A DNA stretch of 28,951 nucleotides from a virus: IMG/VR virus record IMGVR_UViG_3300005300_000028; one strand, written 5' to 3'. The notes beneath the pieces were generated by a model that made no database searches, had not been told where the DNA came from, and saw only the letters and a list, made by a program, of their open reading frames with translations. The position numbers and the translations under genes were made by a program. Positions 1-7,496 of the stretch are shown here, one piece after another (position 1 is the stretch's first letter; the number at the start of each line of letters is the position of its first letter).

Positions 1-1
1 G

Positions 2-223
2 GTCAGCAAGCCTGTATTCTGTGTGTTTACGGCTTTTGTAAACTATCTTAACGTAACCTTTCTCAACAAGCTTCCTGATTTTGTGTGCTGGAATGTTAAC
101 CTTGTACCATTCCCACGACGGTTCAAGGTCTATGTTGTGTTGTCTGTAGAATTCTCTTTTCTTCGGGAACTCACGGTCTTCATATTCTAAAATCTTTTTC
201 AACAGCTCAATTTCTTCGTTCAT
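2..223 (-). CDS. Partial ORF running off the left edge; winged-helix-like N-terminus (MNEEIELLKKILEYED...WEWYKVNIPAHKIRKLVEKGYVKIVYKSRKHTEYRLAD)
   Basis: ATG at 223 behind a GAGGTGA RBS, open to the window edge; helix plus beta-wing pattern. Not in the ORF track. Confidence 0.55.
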   Translation of the reverse strand, partial: MNEEIELLKKILEYEDREFPKKREFYRQHNIDLEPSWEWYKVNIPAHKIRKLVEKGYVKIVYKSRKHTEYRLAD

Positions 224-227
224 AACA

Positions 228-839
228 TCACCTCAGTATTGATGAACATAATCTTTTAACTTTAGCGAGTTTGTCAACTTCTTTTCTAAAGTTTCTAACA
301 TTAATTTCGAAAATTTCTATCGTTTTCATGTCTTTTGCCTTGACGCTTTTACCCCAAGAAAGCCAGATTTTCCCATACTTTCCACTGTAGGTCTCAGGAA
401 TTGTCGTGTCAAACCCATCGAACGCAAAAAGCACATATGGGTTATTTTCTCTCCAGAATCCAAGATACCATCGCTTTTTGTGTTTAAAATTCGATATAAA
501 CCAGTCCAAACTGTAATCTCTAAACTGTCTGCGGTGTGGAAATCCTATCCAGTCGAATTGCTCAGCAATCTCTTTCTCTTTCTTTTTGTGTAAGGGAAAT
601 ATCCATTCGACATGGGGGTACTGTTCTTTTAACATCAAAGCATTTTCATATTGGTAGTCAGGAGCGATTGCAAATTTTACGTCGTATTTCTCGATACACT
701 TGATTAGGTAATTTACCTGTGCCTTCCTGTCTTTAACGTAGTGGTTGTCAATAAACTCAGGAAAAGACATAAATCCATATTTGTTAATGATTTCTCTTTC
801 TTTAACTGTAAAACATATACATGGTAATGTTGCTATCAT
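228..839 (-). CDS. Hypothetical protein with tRNA-guanine-transglycosylase (TGT/DpdA)-like C-terminal motifs
   Basis: KRWYLGFW...FDGFDTTIPETYSGKYGKIW resembles the TGT barrel pattern kprylmG...vDmFDsv.Pt..a..G; FAIAPD motif upstream. The ORF is solid; the function is tentative. Confidence 0.4.
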   Translation of the reverse strand: MIATLPCICFTVKEREIINKYGFMSFPEFIDNHYVKDRKAQVNYLIKCIEKYDVKFAIAPDYQYENALMLKEQYPHVEWIFPLHKKKEKEIAEQFDWIGFPHRRQFRDYSLDWFISNFKHKKRWYLGFWRENNPYVLFAFDGFDTTIPETYSGKYGKIWLSWGKSVKAKDMKTIEIFEINVRNFRKEVDKLAKVKRLCSSILR

Positions 840-1042
840 ACATTACCTCTCCCCCACTTTATTTTATCCCAGATTCGTTCGTGGATATAATAGATAACCA
901 CGCTTCCCATTAGATACAGCACGATAACCTCGATGCTTTTCTCAACACTTTCTGTTGCCCAGTAAGCAATCATAAATGCCACAGCAGTTACCCAGATTCG
1001 GTAAGACACAGCTTTAACAAGGCTTCGCTTCCTCGACTCCAT
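836..1042 (-). CDS. DUF2061-family small membrane protein
   Basis: ES-RKRSLVKAVSYR...YYIHERIWDKIKWG matches the DUF2061 consensus (RS.xKa.sWR...YY.HER.W..i.wG). Likely ATG at 1042 with a GGAGG RBS; the track start at 1096 is too long. Confidence 0.8.
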   Translation of the reverse strand: MESRKRSLVKAVSYRIWVTAVAFMIAYWATESVEKSIEVIVLYLMGSVVIYYIHERIWDKIKWGRGNV

Positions 1043-1325
1043 AAGCCAACCTCCATACTGCACATATTTTCTTTTTCCTTGCCAACCGTTTCTCAACCAT
1101 TCCTCTGTTCTCCAGAATCGACAACCAGTATCTTATTGTAGACCTGTCAAACCCCGACACTTCTTCAAGTTCAGAAAGTGTATACCATTCGGAATCTAAG
1201 CTTTCTAAGAACTTTCTGATTTTCCTAAACATGTGTTTACTGCGGTAATCAAGCGTATCTTCGCATCTGTAACAAACTACTGATTCTGATGTTGTTTCGT
1301 TTTTACCACATAAGATACACATCAT
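1014..1325 (-). CDS. Zn-finger plus winged-helix (ArsR/MarR-like) DNA-binding protein
   Basis: CxxC...CxxC at the N-terminus, then TLSELEEVSGFDRSTIRYWLSILENRGMV helix-turn-helix and wing. Confidence 0.65.
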   Translation of the reverse strand: MMCILCGKNETTSESVVCYRCEDTLDYRSKHMFRKIRKFLESLDSEWYTLSELEEVSGFDRSTIRYWLSILENRGMVEKRLARKKKICAVWRLAYGVEEAKPC

Positions 1326-2088
1326 AACCAGCACCCATCAAGATAAATCCAACCAAAATGAGCAATCTGACTCCGTAACGAACTAAAGCCTCTATATGCT
1401 GTTTCATGAACACTGACAACAGTATCAAGATGATAGCGACAGCGAAAACTGTCTGTTTTACTTGTATTAACATCAGAAAAGACAAGACACCGAGAACAAA
1501 GACTGTTATGCTCAGAATTAGTGAATCAACTAATTGAGGGAATGTTAATACTCCTGTCCTTTTGTCAGCTTCAAGGTCTTGAACCTGAACCATTATGTTG
1601 TGGGCGACAGACAGTAGACCAAAAGCGAGTGGAAACGTTAAATCAGTTAAACCTGTGCTCATGTAGCCAGCAATAAAGTATGAGAGACCCAAGCAAGTGT
1701 TACCGAATACTGCTCTATCCCCAAGAACGTTGTATCCTATACTTGTCATGTAGCCTATAAGACCAACAATCAGATACATTGTATCGTATAAGGATAACCA
1801 GAGCAGCGATAAATACGATACTATGAAGAAAGTAAACGCAATCAGTTTTGCGTGAGAAACAGGTACTTTCCCACTTGGCAATGGTTTCCAAGGCTTGTTT
1901 ATTTTGTCCTGTCTTATGTCACAGATTTCGTTAATCACCGTGAACGACGCATTCCCGAATCCAACAGCTAAAAGAATTAACAAGCTTTCGAAACTTCCCC
2001 AAAGTCCGCTTTTGGTTAATAAAGCCCAAGAAGCTATGAAACCCAGTAGAAATAATGGTGGTCTGATTAACTTAATGTAACTCATCAT
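1303..2088 (-). CDS. UbiA-family prenyltransferase, DGGGP-synthase-like
   Basis: N-terminal YIKLIRP; first Asp-rich motif NEICDIRQDKINKPWKPLPSG; second motif QDLEADKRTGVLTFP; about 8 hydrophobic TM segments. Likely start 2088 (GGAGG RBS). Confidence 0.85.
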   Translation of the reverse strand: MMSYIKLIRPPLFLLGFIASWALLTKSGLWGSFESLLILLAVGFGNASFTVINEICDIRQDKINKPWKPLPSGKVPVSHAKLIAFTFFIVSYLSLLWLSLYDTMYLIVGLIGYMTSIGYNVLGDRAVFGNTCLGLSYFIAGYMSTGLTDLTFPLAFGLLSVAHNIMVQVQDLEADKRTGVLTFPQLVDSLILSITVFVLGVLSFLMLIQVKQTVFAVAIILILLSVFMKQHIEALVRYGVRLLILVGFILMGAGYDVYLMW

Positions 2089-3083
2089 TTTCTTAGCCTC
2101 CACATCAGTTTTAGACCTTTCCAGACTGAAGCATCAAGGTTTCGCATATTTGCCACCTTGATAACATCTCTGACCTTGAACAAAGCCTTAAACCAGCTCT
2201 CGTTCAGTGTTTCCACGAAATCGTACTGCGTTATGACCCATGAAGTCTCTTTCCAGACCAAATCAGAGTAGATGTCTATTATTAAGTCTATGTCGTCTGC
2301 ACCGTACTCTATGGCTTCATGAAGACATTTAGCGGTTTCAAGAGCAAGGGTGTTTCCTTCACCAAACGCAGAGACAAATCCACCTGCCTCACCAATACCA
2401 ACTATGTTAATGCCGTATATTTGCTTAAAATACGATACAGTGTAGTCCCAGATGATTGGAGACTTGCATGCACATTCTATGTCGTTGAACTTGATTTCGT
2501 ATGTTTTGTTAAGCTGACCAATCAAGAAATTAACCTGTTCTTGTGTAAATCCACCAGCACCAATGTGCCATTCGTCTTTGCTTAAAGGAAATGCCCATGC
2601 ATAGCCGTATGGCTTTGCGTAGATGTAAATACAGTCAGAATCAAGTGTTGTAACCTTAACTCTGTATTGTTTAGTTACAAGATACTTTATATCAACACCA
2701 CGCAGCAGTGCTCTGCTGTGCCCTGTTGCATCAACAATCAAATCTCCTGAGTAGTTGTTTGGAACCTCATAAACAACGTCTAACGATTTTCTCATGTCGT
2801 TTATGAACCTTGGCTTGTCAAAGATAACAACATCCCTGATTTTGAAATCAATTCCGTTTACAATAGCTTCTTTAGGTCTCATTAGAACGTAGCTATCTGA
2901 ATCAACGTCAATCAAATTGCAGAGCTTTTTGACCTTGCTGTAGTTAGCCCAGCCAAATGCACATGGTGAAGGACACTTGCTGTTCTTGTATTTCTCGTAA
3001 ATTTTGTAGTTGTGTTCCGAGCGTTCAAGTAAACACGCTAAATAACATCCAGCCATTCCGGCTCCAAATATCTCTATCTTCAT
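2085..3083 (-). CDS. Geranylgeranyl-reductase-family FAD oxidoreductase
   Basis: GAGMAG Rossmann motif, conserved PC(AFG) cysteine, exact GGR signature PxxYxWxFP (PYGYAWAFP), and GEAGGFVSAFGEG resembling the GDAAG...GEG motif. Likely start 3083 (MKIEIFGAG). Confidence 0.8.
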   Translation of the reverse strand: MKIEIFGAGMAGCYLACLLERSEHNYKIYEKYKNSKCPSPCAFGWANYSKVKKLCNLIDVDSDSYVLMRPKEAIVNGIDFKIRDVVIFDKPRFINDMRKSLDVVYEVPNNYSGDLIVDATGHSRALLRGVDIKYLVTKQYRVKVTTLDSDCIYIYAKPYGYAWAFPLSKDEWHIGAGGFTQEQVNFLIGQLNKTYEIKFNDIECACKSPIIWDYTVSYFKQIYGINIVGIGEAGGFVSAFGEGNTLALETAKCLHEAIEYGADDIDLIIDIYSDLVWKETSWVITQYDFVETLNESWFKALFKVRDVIKVANMRNLDASVWKGLKLMWRLRK

Positions 3084-3090
3084 AACACCA

Positions 3091-3969
3091 CTACTCAAAA
3101 GCTCTTTCTCCAAAATAAATCTCCCAGAAGTCATTAAAGTACCTGTTAATCAACCTTCTTAGCTTCATTATGTTGATACTCCCCTTTGTATTTTTCTTTG
3201 CTATTGAATTAAGACGTATTACGTAGTATTCCGTGCTTTCCTGTGCACGCTCCGTTACTATTTCTGAAACTTTATAATCGTACTCGTAGTCTGGTTCTGG
3301 ATGCTCACGTCCGTGTTCATAGTCTACTAACCAGCAGAAGTCAAGAGTTAGTGGAGAGTTATACCACAGTATTCTTTGGGGATAGTTATTCATAACTAAT
3401 AAATCAAAAGGTTCGCACATCTGATATACTTTCTCAAAAAGTTCGCAGGCACATGGAATTGCTAACGCATCTGTTACTTTACGTATATCAATTTCCACTT
3501 TAATACCGAGCTCTTTACATTTTTCTCTTAGTAAGACAACTTCCGCTAAACCAAGGTCTTCTCGTGTTCTAAGGTAAATTATAACCTTATCTATACTGTC
3601 AACTGTTACTGGATTTGTAGAATAAAACTCACTTTCCCATGGCATCATTGTGTCATCCCAAAAAATACGTCCATTAGGTGAAGCCCATGTTCCATGTTTA
3701 CTAATTTGTACGAAAGCTCTCAGGTAGTCAAGGTAATAGAACAATTCCTTCTTAAAAACGATTGATGTTGTAACGTTATAAGAAAAAGTGGTTAGTACAG
3801 TTTTATCAGTTGCACACACTCTACTTGAGTCAGATAACTGAGGAAGCCAAGCACCATCTTGTAATATAAATATAGCTGTCTCTGGTTTTGTGAACTTATG
3901 GATAGCATCAGATGAGAACTCTCTGCTCCAAACCTTATAATATTTGCTAAGCTCGTCAATGAAATTCAC
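3091..3969 (-). CDS. Hypothetical protein, 292 aa
   Basis: Long ORF co-oriented and abutting its neighbours; no motif recognised. Confidence 0.7.
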   Translation of the reverse strand: MNFIDELSKYYKVWSREFSSDAIHKFTKPETAIFILQDGAWLPQLSDSSRVCATDKTVLTTFSYNVTTSIVFKKELFYYLDYLRAFVQISKHGTWASPNGRIFWDDTMMPWESEFYSTNPVTVDSIDKVIIYLRTREDLGLAEVVLLREKCKELGIKVEIDIRKVTDALAIPCACELFEKVYQMCEPFDLLVMNNYPQRILWYNSPLTLDFCWLVDYEHGREHPEPDYEYDYKVSEIVTERAQESTEYYVIRLNSIAKKNTKGSINIMKLRRLINRYFNDFWEIYFGERAFE

Positions 3970-4142
3970 CTAATCCACCTCCACTTAACGTATTCTTCAA
4001 TGACTCTGTCGAGTCTATCAAGAGGTGCTGATGAAAACTTCAGGTATCGCATTACCTCGTCGACGTCGTCTTCAGTTGGATTTATACCTAAGCTTCTAAG
4101 TTTACTTCTCACTCTATTTTTAACGTATTCGATTGTATACAT
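3966..4142 (-). CDS. Small hypothetical protein, 58 aa (MYTIEYVKNRVRSKLRSLGINPTEDDVDEVMRYLKFSSAPLDRLDRVIEEYVKWRWIR), missed by the ORF track
   Basis: GGAGGTGA RBS 6 nt before the ATG at 4142; stop overlaps the next GTG start (GTGA); exactly fills the gap. Confidence 0.65.
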   Translation of the reverse strand: MYTIEYVKNRVRSKLRSLGINPTEDDVDEVMRYLKFSSAPLDRLDRVIEEYVKWRWIR

Positions 4143-4148
4143 AACTCA

Positions 4149-4352
4149 TCACCTCCTTACCCAACCCCAATCTAACAACTCAACATCCCGCTCATACTCA
4201 ACCTTAACCTCGGAACTCCCGCACTTCGGGCAGAACTTTGCCGTGTCATCCATAAAGTAGAACTCTGTCTTGCAGTTGTTGCATGTGTATGTTACTAACC
4301 CAACTATGTAATCTATCAACCTTTCCCTCGCTTCATCAAGACTTTCACACAT
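4149..4352 (-). CDS. Small Zn-ribbon protein
   Basis: CNNC...CPKC motif. Confidence 0.65.
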   Translation of the reverse strand: MCESLDEARERLIDYIVGLVTYTCNNCKTEFYFMDDTAKFCPKCGSSEVKVEYERDVELLDWGWVRR

Positions 4353-4366
4353 TTAAACCACCCCCC

Positions 4367-4606
4367 CTAACTTAATCTAACAAGCTTCATCTTTTTTAAA
4401 TAATTTTTGAACGGTTCCGATTTAGATATTTCGTCAATATCGTTTTTTGTTACTTCCGATATGACCGATAAGTAGTTTTTAGCCACCTCTGGTACTAAGT
4501 TATAGTATATACATCTCCGTGGAACGTTAGGAGCAAATATCTCTATATCCTTAATTGTGCACCTGTTATCGCTTAACCATACACAGTTTACGCACCTGAC
4601 CATCAT
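4367..4606 (-). CDS. Small Cys-rich hypothetical protein
   Basis: CVNC...C...C pattern; operon position. Confidence 0.6.
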   Translation of the reverse strand: MMVRCVNCVWLSDNRCTIKDIEIFAPNVPRRCIYYNLVPEVAKNYLSVISEVTKNDIDEISKSEPFKNYLKKMKLVRLS

Positions 4607-4749
4607 ATTAGTTCCTTTATTGATTCTACAAACTTTATTAGCACTTTTTTCACGTCATCAACACTCTGAACGTTTATGATTTCGTTCTCTATCTCTTCGA
4701 TGAGTCTTTTAACTTTTTTGCGTTTGTTCAAGTCATCAAGCAACTTCAT
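4603..4749 (-). CDS. Small helical hypothetical protein, 48 aa (MKLLDDLNKRKKVKRLIEEIENEIINVQSVDDVKKVLIKFVESIKELI), missed by the ORF track
   Basis: GGAGGTG RBS upstream; TGA overlaps the ATG of the next gene; fills the gap. Confidence 0.55.
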   Translation of the reverse strand: MKLLDDLNKRKKVKRLIEEIENEIINVQSVDDVKKVLIKFVESIKELI

Positions 4750-5911
4750 CTTTCGCCACCTCCAAAATTTCGTCTTTCATGTGCCTCCACATCTCCTGAA
4801 GGAAGCTCAAAGCTCTTGTTGTTCCCGTTGAACCAAGGATTTCGATTTCACCCATCAAGTATGCCGTTTCAAGGTCTAACTCGTCTTTCGCAAGCCTGAA
4901 CAACGTGTCAACGTCTGTCATTATGGTTAAGTTTACTGCCTTAGGTTCTTTCAGAACAATAAGTTTACCGTCTGTTAATTTCAGGTAAACCTGAGTCACT
5001 ATGTCTCCACCGCTGTGAACAATGAATTCAATCACGTTTCCACCAAATCCGCTATCTGTCAGTTTTTTCAGGTTTACTGATTTGTTCAGCTTAATTATTG
5101 TCTTTGTTACAACCTTCACGATGTTCTTCTTGAACGAATCAGACACCCTCTTCATTATTCTGTCAAGGATACTGCTACCGACTGGTTTTGACTCATCTAT
5201 GCGAGCAACGACTTCATGCATGATTGGTTCGACTTCTTCAGGAATTACTGGAACACCAGCTTGAATTATTTCAAAGATATCAGGGCTTAGCGGAATATCG
5301 CCAAGGAACGGAACGTTAAACTCTCTGCAAATCTCCTGAGTTTTTCCGTCGCCAAAGAACTTATACACCGAACCGTGTTCACACTTGAAATAAGCCATGT
5401 TGTTAATTACTCCGAGAACTGGAACGTTGTAATATTTCAAGATGCTGAGGATTCTCTTAAGGTCTCGCCAAGATGAAGGGATAGTAACGACAACAGCACC
5501 GACAATGGTTTGATAGTAAGCCTTTAAAACACCTCTGAACAAATCAGATGCTCCAGCAGGGCAATCTATTATCATTATCGCGTTCTTTAGGTTTACTCTC
5601 CACTCTGCAAACTGTAAAACATCAAGCAACATCTGAACGTAGCTGTCTCCCCGCATTGATACTGCTTTGTCTTTTGTTACTAAACCGAAACTGAAGAAGT
5701 CTAAGTTGTCAAGGTGAACAACCTCAATTCTGTTTGGCTCTATGCGGATTTCTTTGTCTATTTTCAGCATATCGGCAAGATTTGGACTGTCTACGTCTGC
5801 ATCAACCAGTATGGTGTCTCTACCCAGCTGGCTGAGATAGGTAGCAAGGAAAACTGACGTTGAAGACTTTCCTGTTCCTCCTTTAAGCGAAACAACCAGA
5901 ACGGTTTTCAT
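4736..5911 (-). CDS. Mrp/NBP35 (MinD/ParA superfamily) P-loop ATPase fused to a C-terminal SCP2-like lipid-binding domain
   Basis: Deviant Walker A KGGTGKS, DADVDSPN, IDCPAG, GVINNMAYFKCEHG...FG and FLGDIPL are all Mrp-like. The C-terminal ~110 aa with TIMTDVDTLFRLAKDELDLETAYLMGEIEILG resembles the SCP2 consensus (ti..d..tf..l..g.l....af..Gki.i.G). Confidence 0.75.
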   Translation of the reverse strand: MKTVLVVSLKGGTGKSSTSVFLATYLSQLGRDTILVDADVDSPNLADMLKIDKEIRIEPNRIEVVHLDNLDFFSFGLVTKDKAVSMRGDSYVQMLLDVLQFAEWRVNLKNAIMIIDCPAGASDLFRGVLKAYYQTIVGAVVVTIPSSWRDLKRILSILKYYNVPVLGVINNMAYFKCEHGSVYKFFGDGKTQEICREFNVPFLGDIPLSPDIFEIIQAGVPVIPEEVEPIMHEVVARIDESKPVGSSILDRIMKRVSDSFKKNIVKVVTKTIIKLNKSVNLKKLTDSGFGGNVIEFIVHSGGDIVTQVYLKLTDGKLIVLKEPKAVNLTIMTDVDTLFRLAKDELDLETAYLMGEIEILGSTGTTRALSFLQEMWRHMKDEILEVAKDEVA

Positions 5912-5921
5912 GTCTCACCTC

Positions 5922-6947
5922 CTACTCAACCAATCCTTCTTCCTCAAGTTCACGGACAATTTCTTCATCTGTTCTGCCCGAACCGCTTGGGACATGCTCT
6001 TCTTCGGTTTTGAGAATTCTCGGAGCTAAATATTTAACTAATGTTTGTCTGAACTTTTTGTTTTCAACAATGATGCGTTCGCCCAACGTCAGAATTTTAT
6101 CTCCCATTTCAGCAATTAAGCGTGCATAGTCGTCCTTCCAGCCCTCTGGTGAGATTGTTCTTACCCTTGACTCTGACATCATCTCAGCCATTTTACCAAT
6201 TTGACTTTCAAGTTTGTCAAGATGTCTTCTGAGGAATTCGTTTTCAACTTGAGCTCTGATTGCTTCTGGGTCTGGTTTACTTTTGATTTCGTGAATCAAC
6301 ATGTTGTAAAATTGCTGTTGCTGTTGCATCATCTGTTGCATTATAGTAAACATCAAAGAGAAAGTATTGCCATCATTGCTCGTGTTGACTGTAATTGGTA
6401 ATTGTGGATATGAATGAGAAATGAATGAATCATGACTTGGTACAAACGTTGATATTGACCTTTTGTAGTTTTCACGAACTTTGAATACTGCAGATACAAT
6501 CCAACTTATTGCATCATCATCAGCTTTTGGAAAATTCCTACGTAATGCTTTGAATAATTCTTGTGGATTCTCTTGTAATATTGGGTTATTTCTGAAAAAC
6601 ACATTGACAAACCATTCAGTTTTTGAACCTGAACCAATGCCCGGTGTTGCATCCATTTGAGTTTTTAGTGTTGTACACATCTCTTCAAGCATCTCCTCCT
6701 CTGGGGTAAGTAACCTATTTCTAACCGGTTCATGCTGTTGAACCCTGATTTTCTCTTCTTTATCTGGTGTTGATGATGTTGAATGGTATTTTCTGAAGTG
6801 TTTTGCTATCTGATTCATTTCGCCAATCTCTTCGCCGCAAAGTTTACAAACGTATACTCTTTGACCATCGGGTTTCTCAACAAGATAAGTTTTCCTCTGT
6901 TCAGATACTATTTTGTATTCGCCATTCTCTTCATCAATCGCCATCAT
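5922..6947 (-). CDS. C2H2 Zn-finger protein with a Q-rich coiled-coil region
   Basis: YVCKLCGEEIGEMNQIAKHFRKYH; MQQMMQQQQQF tract; helical C-terminus. Confidence 0.7.
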   Translation of the reverse strand: MMAIDEENGEYKIVSEQRKTYLVEKPDGQRVYVCKLCGEEIGEMNQIAKHFRKYHSTSSTPDKEEKIRVQQHEPVRNRLLTPEEEMLEEMCTTLKTQMDATPGIGSGSKTEWFVNVFFRNNPILQENPQELFKALRRNFPKADDDAISWIVSAVFKVRENYKRSISTFVPSHDSFISHSYPQLPITVNTSNDGNTFSLMFTIMQQMMQQQQQFYNMLIHEIKSKPDPEAIRAQVENEFLRRHLDKLESQIGKMAEMMSESRVRTISPEGWKDDYARLIAEMGDKILTLGERIIVENKKFRQTLVKYLAPRILKTEEEHVPSGSGRTDEEIVRELEEEGLVE

Positions 6948-6963
6948 ATCTTATTAGATATCA

Positions 6964-6985
6964 ATGTATATAGATTTATCCCTTC
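6964..6985 (-). promoter_or_regulatory. Putative TATA box for the leaderless ZnF/Mrp/lipid transcription unit
   Basis: Minus strand GGATAAATCTATATACA about 20-25 nt upstream of the ATG at 6947; no RBS before this gene. Confidence 0.3.
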
Positions 6986-7003
6986 AACGTGTTTTGAGAT
7001 GCA

Positions 7004-7488
7004 ACGACACCGCAATATTTATTAGCCGATTTTTATTGAGTATATTAATTAATACCAAAATCCAAAAAGTTGCTACCGACATTATACTACGACACTAAAA
7101 CCTAATTTTATAAATATACGGGATAAAAAAGATTATTGATTTTTTCTTGCAAAGAAAGAATTTAAAGGATTTTCTTTACTGCGACACTACGACACTACGA
7201 CACTGTGAAGATGTAGTTTATTTTTATCTAACATTCCAAATAGTAATAATACTACGACACTACATTATAATAGTGTCGTAGTTGACGTAGTATAGAAAAG
7301 AATTCTACAGCCTCTAATTTCGAAATAAATCCACCAAATTTTTTATCTTTAGATAATATAAAAATATCCAAAAGTGTCGTAGTATTTTCCAGCATAGAAC
7401 CACCTTCTACATATAATCATAGAACCTAAATATAAATTAACGTAATGTGAAAAAGATAAATCAACTATGACGGGCATGGTGTCGTAGT
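7004..7488. repeat. Dyad-symmetric array of ACTACGACACT repeats in an AT-rich non-coding region (putative origin, iterons or centromere)
   Basis: Forward copies at 7086, 7178 (variant), 7186, 7194 and 7251; reverse copies at 7272, 7373 and 7478 (10/11); partial ACGACAC at 7004. This is the only long intergenic region in the window. Confidence 0.85.
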
Positions 7489-7496
7489 TCAAAAAA

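Noticed and set aside
6783-7025. Plus-strand ORF extending into the intergenic region
   Set aside because: It overlaps the C2H2 gene antisense, has no RBS and shows no protein-like features.
7004-7488. Repeat array as a CRISPR or mini-CRISPR array
   Set aside because: Units are only 11 bp, change orientation midway and have irregular spacing, unlike 24-48-bp co-oriented CRISPR repeats.
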